DNA of 63,687 nucleotides, the filler included. It is 7 parts of 7 records of this genome, joined end to end, with 100 filler letters (N's around TTAATTAATTAA, not from the genome) between each part and the next. Parts side by side here need not be neighbours in the genome. Positions count along the whole stretch, not along the records: positions 29,320 to 50,295 come from SRR22947725_1417; 6 more parts are not named here. One strand, written 5' to 3'. The position numbers were made by a program, and so were the translations under genes. Under the pieces are notes generated by a model that saw only the letters and a list, made by a program, of their open reading frames with translations, had not been told where the DNA came from and did no database searches. Shown in pieces: positions 30,329 through 39,968 of the stretch (position 1 is the stretch's first letter; every line of letters begins with the position of its first letter).

Positions 30329-30795
30329 TTACAAAAAATAAATTCATTATGTGGATGGAAAATTGCTTGGGGATAGGACCAATAGGTTTCTATAAAAAAT
30401 AAATTTAAAGCCTTTCCTAATTTTGGAATATGTGGCACGCCATCACTGTCAATCATTGAATTAAAAGGTGTGGCAAATCTTAACCATTCGCCTTTTGGCT
30501 GATCTAAGTAAAGTTCTCTACAAACTAAAGCTATTACTGGATCAACGGGTTTAAGATTAAGTTTTTTTGCTTTTTCATAAACTTTTTCAAGTTCAGTTTG
30601 TTTATTAAAGTTCAAATCTTTTAAGGAAACTCTATATAAATTAATAGGAAGTTTAATAATTGTTAAATCAATTTTTTTTTTCCCAAAAATATCATCTATC
30701 CAAGGGCTAGTTTTAAAATTTTTTTTTTTTAAATCACTAAGCAAATCTTTTGAATTATCATAATTTAAATTAGTAATTGTTTTCCAAACTTTCAT
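30325..30795 (-). CDS. Hypothetical protein, possible C-type-lectin-like fold
   Basis: Intact 156-aa ORF coupled to both neighbours; motif YLDQPKGEWL...DSDG.P...W..P....P..EF.F. Confidence 0.7.
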   Translation of the reverse strand: MKVWKTITNLNYDNSKDLLSDLKKKNFKTSPWIDDIFGKKKIDLTIIKLPINLYRVSLKDLNFNKQTELEKVYEKAKKLNLKPVDPVIALVCRELYLDQPKGEWLRFATPFNSMIDSDGVPHIPKLGKALNLFFIETYWSYPQAIFHPHNEFIFCK

Positions 30796-31527
30796 TTATT
30801 TTCCTGCAGTCCAGCCTCCATCAGAAATAATAGATGTACCAGTAATTGATTTAGCTGCACTAGTGGTTAAAAAAAAAACTATAGATGCGATTTCTGATTT
30901 TGTTGAAAATTTATTAAGAGGAATTTTTTTCCTAATAAGATTTAACCTACTTGGAGTTTTTTTTTGTTCAAATGGTCTTACTAAAGTTTTTGTTGGAGCA
31001 ACAGTAATTGCTCTTATACCGTATTTAGCTAAGTCAAGTGCCATTGATTTCGTCATTCCCTCTAAACCAAATTTTGATAGACAATACAGTGTTCGATTAT
31101 ATGCACCTACATGGCCAAGTTGTGAGCTAATACTAATTATTGTTCCTTTAATTTTTTTCTTTATCATTTTCTTTGAAAAAATTTGAGAAATTTTATATGT
31201 AGCTCTTAAATTCACGTTTACTAAATCTGTAAATTCTTTATCAGAAACGTTAGTAAAAAATTTTGTGTTTGCCATTGCTGCGTTATTGATGACATTATGA
31301 ACATAATTAATTTTTTTAAGTTTATTAATAAAATTCATATTTTTTAAATCCCCAATAAAAATTTTTATTTTAATTCCATACTTTTTTTCCAAAAGTTTTA
31401 AACTATTTTTTTCCTTTTTTTTTCTAATTAACAAAAAAAGGTCATGTTTCTCCTTAGCAAATTTTTCAGCAATTTCTCGTCCTATTCCATACCCTGCACC
31501 AGAAATTAATGTTTTTTGTCTAATCAT
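30796..31527 (-). CDS. Short-chain dehydrogenase/reductase
   Basis: SGAGYGIG, NNAA, ISS, YCLSK (YxxxK), ITG....DGG. Confidence 0.93.
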   Translation of the reverse strand: MIRQKTLISGAGYGIGREIAEKFAKEKHDLFLLIRKKKEKNSLKLLEKKYGIKIKIFIGDLKNMNFINKLKKINYVHNVINNAAMANTKFFTNVSDKEFTDLVNVNLRATYKISQIFSKKMIKKKIKGTIISISSQLGHVGAYNRTLYCLSKFGLEGMTKSMALDLAKYGIRAITVAPTKTLVRPFEQKKTPSRLNLIRKKIPLNKFSTKSEIASIVFFLTTSAAKSITGTSIISDGGWTAGK

Positions 31528-32441
31528 TTTTTTTGAATATCTTTTATTTTATATATTTTTCTCCATTCATCAGCCGAACTAGCGCCTAGTACAGTTCCCT
31601 CGGCATTACATTCTGAGCAAGGACTGTTACATCTTTTACCTTCTAATAAATTTTTTCTATATTTAGTTATTGCTTTATCTGTCCAAATATCAAATAATTT
31701 GCTTTGCATAACATTGCCGGTGGTTATTCTTCTTTGCCAATCTTGTGGGCATAAAAAAACATCTCCATTCCAATCAATTAAAACTGAATAGGATGGATAG
31801 TTGCAGAAGGTAAAAGTTTTGACGTCATCTTGGACTCCAAGATCAATTGTTCCAGTTCTATTAGTTAATTTAAGACCAAAATCTTTGTCTGCACCGAACC
31901 ATCTTTCTCTAAGGATCATAAAGTCTTTTGGAACACCAGAATCTTTAAGCATTTTTTTAAACTTTATTACTTGCTCAGGCCCATCATACAAACTTATTAA
32001 AAGTTTATTCACATTAGAATTATATAGCTTTGTTATAATAGATGGTTTTAAAGTGTCTCCATTAGTAACAACTTCCACGAATGCAGCCTCAGCTAATTTA
32101 TTACATATTTCAAATATATTTTTATGAAGCATAGGTTCGCCGTATCCACAAAGAACTACTGAGCCTTTGTATTTTATTTCCTTTAAATTTTGCGTAAGTT
32201 TATTGATTAATAACATACTCATTTTTTGATATGTATCTGGTGCTATTTTTGGATCTGATTTTGGGCAAAAAGAACAAGATCTATTGCAAACATCAATTAG
32301 ACTTAATTCAATCCAACTTGGTATTGGAACACCTTTGTGAAAAACAAGCTTATCATCAACAATTACTGTTCTTCTTTTAATGTTTATTTCAATTTGTTTG
32401 TTTACTTTTTTAGTTCTTTTAAATGATTGAATATTTTTCAT
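31524..32441 (-). CDS. Radical SAM protein with SPASM/Twitch domain
   Basis: CNRSCSFC, GYGEP, TNG; C-terminal C..P...V.ID..G.V..C..D.....GN.....DIW ... PC..C. Confidence 0.92.
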   Translation of the reverse strand: MKNIQSFKRTKKVNKQIEINIKRRTVIVDDKLVFHKGVPIPSWIELSLIDVCNRSCSFCPKSDPKIAPDTYQKMSMLLINKLTQNLKEIKYKGSVVLCGYGEPMLHKNIFEICNKLAEAAFVEVVTNGDTLKPSIITKLYNSNVNKLLISLYDGPEQVIKFKKMLKDSGVPKDFMILRERWFGADKDFGLKLTNRTGTIDLGVQDDVKTFTFCNYPSYSVLIDWNGDVFLCPQDWQRRITTGNVMQSKLFDIWTDKAITKYRKNLLEGKRCNSPCSECNAEGTVLGASSADEWRKIYKIKDIQKK

Positions 32442-32499
32442 TATTAATTGATTAAATTTTTTTATATTTCTATTGTATTAAAGTAAACCTTTAAATTTT

Positions 32500-33675
32500 T
32501 TATTTAAATTTATTATATATCATATCCCATTCATTTAAGTGTGGAAATTGTGGTGTCTTATAGTTTAGATAAAATTTAGAAAATTTTTGATATTTTTCAT
32601 TATTAATATTAAGCAATGAGTTCATTTTTTTTTTTAGATTAAAATTATAATTTAAATCTACATTAACCATTTCAAGCGAAAGTTTATCTCTATAAAATTT
32701 TATTGAGTCACTGTTTTCTAAAGATATAGAGTCAAAAACCTTAAAATTCAAAAGTAAAATTGGTTTTTTGAGTAAAATAGCCATATCTATTGCTGAGGAG
32801 GATTGTACTACCACAAACTTTGAATTCTTAATTAGTTTTGACGTTTGATCAAAATAGAAATTTTTTTTAATAGGCACATTATTTTTACTTCTTCTAAAAT
32901 GAGCAGCAATTTTAGTATCAATTTTAAAATTTTTTGACAATAGATCAAAAATATTGTCTAAACATTTCCAATATTTAAAATGATTAATAAAATTGCATCT
33001 ATTTTTTAAAACTTTAGATTCCCAAGAGTTTTCTAGCTCGGAGTCCAAAAAAACAAAATAATTTTTAGAATTTTTTTTTGATTTTATTTTTTCACATGTA
33101 GAGTAATGAAATGAATTAACCTTTATAAAGTTATTAATTTTCTTGTTTTTAAAGTTATTTTCTCTGCTTTGATTTTCTATTATAAAGTAATTAGGTCTGC
33201 AGGAAAATATCTTTAACAAAAATTTATTGATAAAAAGACAAAAAGTATTGAAAATTTTTTTCAATGTGAAAATTAGTCCAAATTCATAAATCCTAGATAT
33301 TTTTTTTGTAAAATTTTCTTTGCCATGGGTATATTCATGCCACTCAATTTTTTTTAATATGATACAGCCTTTTAATTTCATAATTAATTCAATTAACATA
33401 GACTTTAAAGAACTTCCTGATTTGTTTAAAAAGTAAGTGTTTCTTTTAACTTTTTTAATATTTTTATATAATTCATAATAACTTTTTATGTTTATAAAAT
33501 TTTTATTTTTTTTTGGTCTATATTCAGTTTTTTTATATTCAAAAAATAATTTTTTATTATCTATATAAAGTATTGACCAAAATAATTTCTTTAACCCACT
33601 TTGCTTATGTCTTAAATTATATCTTTCAACATTAGTTTGATTTAGGTTTTGATTAACTAAAATTATTAATTCCAT
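32500..33675 (-). CDS. Hypothetical protein, probable GT-B fold glycosyl (nonulosonate) transferase
   Basis: C-terminal FVFLD...IAAHFR...LIK.S.FVV..SSSAI..AILL.KP pattern; island context; start set at MELII. Confidence 0.5.
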   Translation of the reverse strand: MELIILVNQNLNQTNVERYNLRHKQSGLKKLFWSILYIDNKKLFFEYKKTEYRPKKNKNFINIKSYYELYKNIKKVKRNTYFLNKSGSSLKSMLIELIMKLKGCIILKKIEWHEYTHGKENFTKKISRIYEFGLIFTLKKIFNTFCLFINKFLLKIFSCRPNYFIIENQSRENNFKNKKINNFIKVNSFHYSTCEKIKSKKNSKNYFVFLDSELENSWESKVLKNRCNFINHFKYWKCLDNIFDLLSKNFKIDTKIAAHFRRSKNNVPIKKNFYFDQTSKLIKNSKFVVVQSSSAIDMAILLKKPILLLNFKVFDSISLENSDSIKFYRDKLSLEMVNVDLNYNFNLKKKMNSLLNINNEKYQKFSKFYLNYKTPQFPHLNEWDMIYNKFK

Positions 33676-33689
33676 AAAACTAAAGAAGT

Positions 33690-34730
33690 TTATTTTTGAC
33701 CGATATCTTGCCAACTATCTTCATTAATGGGGAAAACTCCAACTTTACCACCTCTTTTTTTTACTTTTTTAATTAAATTATCCATTTCAAGGGGTTCATT
33801 TTTTTTAAGGTTTTTTATAACTTCGGGTTTAAATAAATATAAACCAATATTTGCTAAATAATTGATACTGGGTTTTTCTTCTATATTTTTTAATTCCCCA
33901 TTGGATTTGATTTTACATGATCCATAAGAAAGAATGAATTTTTTTGATGCAGCAACTAGTGAAATTTTAAAATTATTTTTTTTATGAAAATCATAAAATT
34001 TTTCCAAATTTACTGATACAAGCGTGTCACAATTAATCACAAAAAAATCGTTAATAATTTTTCCTTTGAGCAATGAAAGAGCGCCAGCAGTGCCTAATTC
34101 CTTTTTTTCTTCTAAGTAATTAATATTAGAAATTTTATTTTCTTTAAGATAGGTTTTGATTAAATTCTTTTTGTAATTAAGACTTAAAAAGATTTTTTTG
34201 GCTCCGTACTTAGAAAAATTATCTATTATTGTTTCCACAGCAGTTTTATCTCCAACAGGTGACAAGGGCTTAGGAAAAAAGTTAGTAAAAGGTTTTAGTC
34301 TCACACCCCTCCCCCCTGCCATTATAAGTATAGATGTATTTTTTAATTTATTATTTAAAGAAATTGTATCTAAATCTTTAGCAAGGATTATTTTTTTAAC
34401 TTTTTTTTTCTCGTCAACAACTGGTATTATATCTATATGTTCATTTTTTGTTTTTTTAATAATTTCTTTAGATGATTTATTGCCAAGCTCATAAGATTCA
34501 TTATTGGTTCCATTAATTTTAATATAGAAAGGTTTAATCCGGATAAATTTTTTTATATTAGAATTTACATCTGCTCCATTTAATAAAGCTCTTCTCACAT
34601 CTCCGTCTGTTAGGGTTCCTTTTAAGTAATTATTTTTATCTACAACAATAAGACACTTACCTTTATTTTGCTCGAGTTTAATCAATGCCTCTTTAATTGC
34701 ATTGTTTATATTTACAAGATAATTATTCAT
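33690..34730 (-). CDS. CBS-domain sugar-phosphate nucleotidyltransferase (PtmE-like)
   Basis: CBS pair (GTLTDGDVRR), IMAGG.G.RL.P.T...PKPL, LGTAGAL, EKP, W.DIG. Confidence 0.88.
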   Translation of the reverse strand: MNNYLVNINNAIKEALIKLEQNKGKCLIVVDKNNYLKGTLTDGDVRRALLNGADVNSNIKKFIRIKPFYIKINGTNNESYELGNKSSKEIIKKTKNEHIDIIPVVDEKKKVKKIILAKDLDTISLNNKLKNTSILIMAGGRGVRLKPFTNFFPKPLSPVGDKTAVETIIDNFSKYGAKKIFLSLNYKKNLIKTYLKENKISNINYLEEKKELGTAGALSLLKGKIINDFFVINCDTLVSVNLEKFYDFHKKNNFKISLVAASKKFILSYGSCKIKSNGELKNIEEKPSINYLANIGLYLFKPEVIKNLKKNEPLEMDNLIKKVKKRGGKVGVFPINEDSWQDIGQK

Positions 34731-35885
34731 TTAATTTATAAATTTTTTTCTTAGCAACTTATCATTTTTTTTTAAATCAATGATTATTTTAATAACTCTA
34801 TTTATGCTTATTTTACTTTCATAAGGGTTTTTTATATTTTTAATCTTTATCTGAAATTTATTACTTTTTGCTTTTATAATTGATTTAATAATATTAGTTT
34901 TTTTATGATCACAGCTTATAACATTTTTGGGAAAGTGTTTACCATTTTGTCTGGTACCAATGTTTACTACTGGTTTTTTGAAAGATGCTGCCTCTACAAT
35001 TCCACTTGAGGAGTTTCCTAGGACAAGTTGAGAGTTTTGTAAAAAGTTTGAATAAAGTTCAATACCAGCATTTTTAATAATAAGGTATTTTTTGTTATCT
35101 TTAAACTTTTTAAAAAAATTTATTATTTTGTCATACCCTGGGTCAGCGTTGGGATAAGTAAAAATGACATTCATTTTAGTTTTTTTTATAGATTGGAAAA
35201 GAGCTCTTAATTGACGTTTTAAGTATCTTAATTCTAAAGTAACTGGATGAAAGGTAAAAAGAATATAGGGTCGGGAAAAATCAAATTTATATTTTTTATT
35301 TAAATCTTCTAATTTAATTTTTTTTTGATTTTTTAAAGTTTTTAATTCATGCATGCCAATAGTTTTTATTCGCCAACTTTCTTCTCCCATTTTAATTAAT
35401 CTTTTTTTATATTTATCTATTAAAACGAGATGATAATGACTCATTTTTGTAATCGCATGTCTTATTAGTTCATCAATAGCTCCTTCTGTGCTTGCACCAC
35501 CAAATAAATGTAAAACTGGGATATTATATGGTGCTGCAGCTAAAGGACCTGCTATCATCTCGTATCGGTCACCTAGCACAATTATTAGATCTGGATTTAT
35601 TTCTTTAATTTTTGAACTTAAAAAAGATAAGTCAATTAAAAAATCTTTAGATATATGGTTTATTTTTTTCTTTTTTTTATCTGATAAAGATTTTTTGTTA
35701 TTTTTTAAAATTTTAAATTTTTTAGAAATATAATTTAATGTTTTTCCAAAAACTTCTTTTTGATGATTGCTTCCTACACACAAAAAAAAGTCAGCTTTTT
35801 TGTTCTTATTCAATTCATTAATTATCGGGAAATAGCGATCATAATCAGATCGTCCTACTGATAATGCAATTATTTTTTTTTTCAT
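34731..35885 (-). CDS. neuC: Hydrolysing NDP-sugar 2-epimerase (NeuC/LegG type)
   Basis: R.DY, LGDRYE, GAIDE.IRHAITKMS, FHPVT, GNSSSGI.EA, NIG.RQ.G. Confidence 0.9.
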   Translation of the reverse strand: MKKKIIALSVGRSDYDRYFPIINELNKNKKADFFLCVGSNHQKEVFGKTLNYISKKFKILKNNKKSLSDKKKKKINHISKDFLIDLSFLSSKIKEINPDLIIVLGDRYEMIAGPLAAAPYNIPVLHLFGGASTEGAIDELIRHAITKMSHYHLVLIDKYKKRLIKMGEESWRIKTIGMHELKTLKNQKKIKLEDLNKKYKFDFSRPYILFTFHPVTLELRYLKRQLRALFQSIKKTKMNVIFTYPNADPGYDKIINFFKKFKDNKKYLIIKNAGIELYSNFLQNSQLVLGNSSSGIVEAASFKKPVVNIGTRQNGKHFPKNVISCDHKKTNIIKSIIKAKSNKFQIKIKNIKNPYESKISINRVIKIIIDLKKNDKLLRKKFIN

Positions 35886-36862
35886 TAATGATTTTTTAGA
35901 TACCAATTTATAGTTTTAATTAGACCCGTATTTAATGATGTAAAATTTTTAAATTTTGAATATTTAACTGTTTTTTTCATATCCGGTGATCTTCTCTTGG
36001 GTGATCCTTTTGTTATTGGGCCTCTTATAATTTTAGATTTTTTGTTAACTAATTTTTTTATAACTTGTGCAAGATCGAGCATTTTAATTTCTTCTTGCAT
36101 ATTACCAATATTAAAAGTTTGATTTTTAATTTTTTTATTTAATGATAATTTAGTAATTTGCTGGATTGCATCGTTAATATAGCAAAAAGCTCTTTTATGG
36201 TTAGGTGAAAAAACTATTGTTTTTTTTATTTTTTTTATTTTTTCTAAACTCATCTTACGAATAAGTTCTGGTATCACATGACTTTGACCCATTCTTGGTC
36301 CGTAGATATTGTGAGGTCTTAAAATAATATATGCTAAATTAGAAAGCTGCAAAAGCTTTTCATTGAATATTTTAGATAAAAAATAAGAGTCTCTATCAAT
36401 AATATCATTTTCAATTAATATGTCATTTTTTTCATTTATTGGAAATTTAACTAAATTTTTTTTAATCAAATTTGAATAAACTTCACTAGTTGAAAATACT
36501 ATTAATTTTGGAGATTTTTTTAATGATTTGGAAAAATCAATTACATTTTTTAATGTATTAACATTATTCAAAAAAGCACCATAAGCATCTTGATTAATAT
36601 TCTTAACTCCAACTGATCCTGCTAAATGAAAAATGTGAGATAAATTAAGTAACCTAATATCAATTTTATTTTGAAGATTTACTTTAAAAAAATGAACATT
36701 TTTATTTTTTAAAAAATTTTTAAATTCGTTATCTAACCTTCCTCTTGATAAATTATCCAATATATAAAGGTTATCTGCTTTTTTAATTAAAGATTTAGCT
36801 AATGAAAAACCAATAAATCCTGCTCCACCTGTTATTAAAAAATTATTTTTATTATTCGCCAC
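35885..36862 (-). CDS. NAD-dependent nucleotide-sugar epimerase/dehydratase
   Basis: TGGAGFIG, HLA, STSEVY, YFLSK, RPHN.YGPRM. Confidence 0.9.
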   Translation of the reverse strand: MANNKNNFLITGGAGFIGFSLAKSLIKKADNLYILDNLSRGRLDNEFKNFLKNKNVHFFKVNLQNKIDIRLLNLSHIFHLAGSVGVKNINQDAYGAFLNNVNTLKNVIDFSKSLKKSPKLIVFSTSEVYSNLIKKNLVKFPINEKNDILIENDIIDRDSYFLSKIFNEKLLQLSNLAYIILRPHNIYGPRMGQSHVIPELIRKMSLEKIKKIKKTIVFSPNHKRAFCYINDAIQQITKLSLNKKIKNQTFNIGNMQEEIKMLDLAQVIKKLVNKKSKIIRGPITKGSPKRRSPDMKKTVKYSKFKNFTSLNTGLIKTINWYLKNH

Positions 36863-38207
36863 CTAATTTTTCCAGTTTTAATTTTTTTTTATTCATATAG
36901 GTTATTTGTGAATTATTTAAAACACAGTTAATATCGAAATATATCGGTTTTTTTGCAAATTCCTTTTTTTTAATTTTTAAATAATGCAGGTGTTTTACAG
37001 AAAAGATTATTAAATCAAAATCTTTAAATTTTGGTAGTATATTTACAATTTTTAAACTTTTATAAACATCTTTAAATACAGGGTCATGTACTATAATTTT
37101 AGACCCAAAATTTTTAAGTCTTTTAGCTAGATCAATTGATGGACTATTTCTAATATCTGGTACATCATTTTTATATGCAGCACCCAAAATTAATATTTTT
37201 TTATTGCGGAATGATTTAATTTTACTTTTAATAAATTTTAGTGAGGATAAAAACATATTTTTATTTATCTTTAATGAAATATCTGTGATTGGAAATTTCA
37301 AATTTTTTTTAAAAAAAATTTTATCTGAGAAACCACTAAAAATTGGATCTTTAGGCAAACAGTAGCCTCCTACTCCTAATCCCGGTCTCATTATATTATT
37401 GTGAGTGGGTCTTAATTTAATAGCATTAATTATTTGGTTTAAATTAATTTTTGATACAAACGAAAATTTTGTCCACTCATCTATAAATGCAATATTAATA
37501 GCTCTGTATGAATTTTCTAATATTTTTGAAGCTTCACAATCAATTAAATTTTCAAATTCAAAAAATTTGTATTTTTTATAATTAACGAATTTTTTTAAAA
37601 AATTTTTACATTTAATTTTTGATATAGTATTCATGCCTGAATAACATCTATAATTGTTAATAATGGAGTCTATATAATTGTTTCCAGGCATTATTCTTTC
37701 ATAAGAATAACAAAAAAAAATATCTTTTATATTTAATTTTCTTCTTTTTAATCTACTTTCTAATGTTGGTAAAATTATTTTATCGCACGTTCCAGGAGGC
37801 AATGTAGTTTCAACTAATATTAGAGATTTTGGTTTAATATGTTTTCCCAGTTCATCGAAAAATTTTTTTAACTCTAAAAATTTTTTTCTAAAATTTGATT
37901 GATTAAAATCAAATCCTATACTTATAACTACAATATCAGATTTCGAGACATTTGCTATTTTATTAGAAAATATAATTTTGTTTTTTGTAATAGCATTTTT
38001 AATTAATTTATTAAATTCTTTATCACCTAGACTAGTGTTAGAAAATTTTTTTTTACCGACTATATTATTAATTTTTGAAATATTTTTATCAATTCCATTT
38101 ACTTCAAAAAAATTTTTATTAGACACATTTTTGCTATTTGCTAAAACGCAGGCTGTCGGAAAACCAACGAACCCGAGTCCAATTACTGAAACTATCTCTT
38201 TTTTCAT
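36852..38207 (-). CDS. Nucleotide-sugar dehydrogenase (UDP-Glc/GDP-Man dehydrogenase family)
   Basis: GLGFVG, ETT.PPGT, ERI.PG, K.LEN.YR..NIAF, G.GVGG.CLPKD (catalytic Cys), YK.DV.D.R.SP. Confidence 0.9.
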   Translation of the reverse strand: MKKEIVSVIGLGFVGFPTACVLANSKNVSNKNFFEVNGIDKNISKINNIVGKKKFSNTSLGDKEFNKLIKNAITKNKIIFSNKIANVSKSDIVVISIGFDFNQSNFRKKFLELKKFFDELGKHIKPKSLILVETTLPPGTCDKIILPTLESRLKRRKLNIKDIFFCYSYERIMPGNNYIDSIINNYRCYSGMNTISKIKCKNFLKKFVNYKKYKFFEFENLIDCEASKILENSYRAINIAFIDEWTKFSFVSKINLNQIINAIKLRPTHNNIMRPGLGVGGYCLPKDPIFSGFSDKIFFKKNLKFPITDISLKINKNMFLSSLKFIKSKIKSFRNKKILILGAAYKNDVPDIRNSPSIDLAKRLKNFGSKIIVHDPVFKDVYKSLKIVNILPKFKDFDLIIFSVKHLHYLKIKKKEFAKKPIYFDINCVLNNSQITYMNKKKLKLEKLGGE

Positions 38208-38866
38208 TTTAATAATAAATATTTTTTTACTTTGTTAAAATCATGAATTGTATCTACATCGCAAGTGAATTTTTTTGAATGTAATATCACTGGATGTGTT
38301 TTACTTTTACAATAAAAAGATTTATTTTTTTTTAAAAAAGCTTTGCTAGCTATAAAGAAATTCCCATTAATTTCAAAAGCTTTTTTTTGTTTTTTTTTGA
38401 GTTTGCAAAGGTAATTTTTTTTTATTTCAAAAGAATTTTTATATTTAGAGTAATTTTCTGATACACTTACTACAGAATTTTTTGATTTTGATTTTTTAAA
38501 TTGCCTATAACCTCTTGTAATTTGTTTTACTGATCTTATCGGAGAAGTTGGTTGTAATAATAAAATACTGTCTACTTTAGCAATTTTTTTTTCATATTCA
38601 TCGATTATTTGAATTACTGCTTTTGTTAAATCTGTATTATTTTTAGAAAATTTTTTTGGACGTAAAAATTTTCTTATATTTTTTTTTTTAGCCAAAATTT
38701 TTTCTAATATTATTTTATCGTCAGTTGAGACAACTATATCATTAATGAATTTTAATTTTTTTGCAAAATCCACTGTCCAATTAATTAATGGTTTTCCAAG
38801 TAATTTTTTTCTATTTTTTTTTGGTAATCTAATGGAGCCTTTTCTGGCAGGAATAATTGCAATCAT
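38204..38866 (-). CDS. neuA: CMP-nonulosonate synthetase (NeuA/LegF type)
   Basis: AIIPAR.GS.RLP.KN...L.GKPL, VSTDD, LLQPTSP.R, NG, D.DT..DF. Confidence 0.92.
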   Translation of the reverse strand: MIAIIPARKGSIRLPKKNRKKLLGKPLINWTVDFAKKLKFINDIVVSTDDKIILEKILAKKKNIRKFLRPKKFSKNNTDLTKAVIQIIDEYEKKIAKVDSILLLQPTSPIRSVKQITRGYRQFKKSKSKNSVVSVSENYSKYKNSFEIKKNYLCKLKKKQKKAFEINGNFFIASKAFLKKNKSFYCKSKTHPVILHSKKFTCDVDTIHDFNKVKKYLLLK

Positions 38867-38868
38867 TA

Positions 38869-39948
38869 TTAATTTGATTTTCTAATTTCTAGAATTTTTT
38901 TTGCTCTAACTTTACTAAAATAATTTAATAAAAAAGGAATTCTCCACTTAATTGCTTTTGGAATTAACCAACTTTCGTTGCTAGATATCTTGTAATTTAG
39001 TATTGCTTTTCTTACATCACTGTCTTCAACTATTTCACAAGTAATTTGATTAAGTCTTATTTTTCCTTTTTTAGCTTCTATCTTGCCTTGAAGAATTGAC
39101 CTTGAAAAAGATATTAAAGCACTAATAATAAAAAAAATGAATCCTTGATTACTTAATTGTTCGGAAGATGAATGTGAAAAATTTTTTTTTTGAAGACAAT
39201 TATATATCCGTTGCCTTACAATTTTAAAATTCTCAATGGGAAAACCTTTATTTATTCCCTCAGAAAGTGCCGTATTTTCATTAGGTCGTATAAAGTATGA
39301 ATAAAGTTGTTTTCGGATATATTTAGCTTTTTTAATATAAGGAATTATATCCCACATAAAAGTATCATCCTCTAAATATCTTAATCGTTCATCAAATAAA
39401 ATTTTATTTTTGGCAATTATGGACTTTTTTATCAATCTACCCGTCAAACCAAATATCTTTCCAGAATACAAAGGGTCATAAAAACGTTTTTTTATTTCTT
39501 GTGAAAAATTTTCTTCTGTAAATATCTTATCATCATTATAATCAAATTTTTCTTCTCTTAAGTTTTTAAAATTTTGTATCCATTTTTTATCACAAAAAAC
39601 TAAATCGTAATCTTTTTCCAAAGCAGTTTCATAAAGTTTTGATAAAGTATTTTTTTCAATTATGTCATCAATATCTAAGAAAAAAATATAGTTACCATTT
39701 GCTTTGCTCAGACCAATGTTTCTTGCTGCGGATGGCCCAGAATTATTAGATAACTGAAAAATCTTTAAATTAAAATTTTTATGATTCTTTATTAATTTCA
39801 AACTTTCGTCAGTTGAACAATCGTCTATCATAATTATTTCGTATGGAAATTTAAAATCTTGAAGAGCCAAAGATTCAAGACATTGATTAATATATTTTAC
39901 TGCATTGAAAAATGGAATAATCACACTTATTTTATAAGTATCGGTCAT
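38869..39948 (-). CDS. Glycosyltransferase family 2
   Basis: ISVIIP.FN, IDD.STD.S, NSG.S.ARN.GL, FLD.DD, ED. Confidence 0.93.
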   Translation of the reverse strand: MTDTYKISVIIPFFNAVKYINQCLESLALQDFKFPYEIIMIDDCSTDESLKLIKNHKNFNLKIFQLSNNSGPSAARNIGLSKANGNYIFFLDIDDIIEKNTLSKLYETALEKDYDLVFCDKKWIQNFKNLREEKFDYNDDKIFTEENFSQEIKKRFYDPLYSGKIFGLTGRLIKKSIIAKNKILFDERLRYLEDDTFMWDIIPYIKKAKYIRKQLYSYFIRPNENTALSEGINKGFPIENFKIVRQRIYNCLQKKNFSHSSSEQLSNQGFIFFIISALISFSRSILQGKIEAKKGKIRLNQITCEIVEDSDVRKAILNYKISSNESWLIPKAIKWRIPFLLNYFSKVRAKKILEIRKSN

Positions 39949-39968
39949 TCTATTAAATAAATTATAAT

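Noticed and set aside
29320-33000. A complete diversity-generating retroelement
   Set aside because: No reverse transcriptase, accessory gene or template repeat seen
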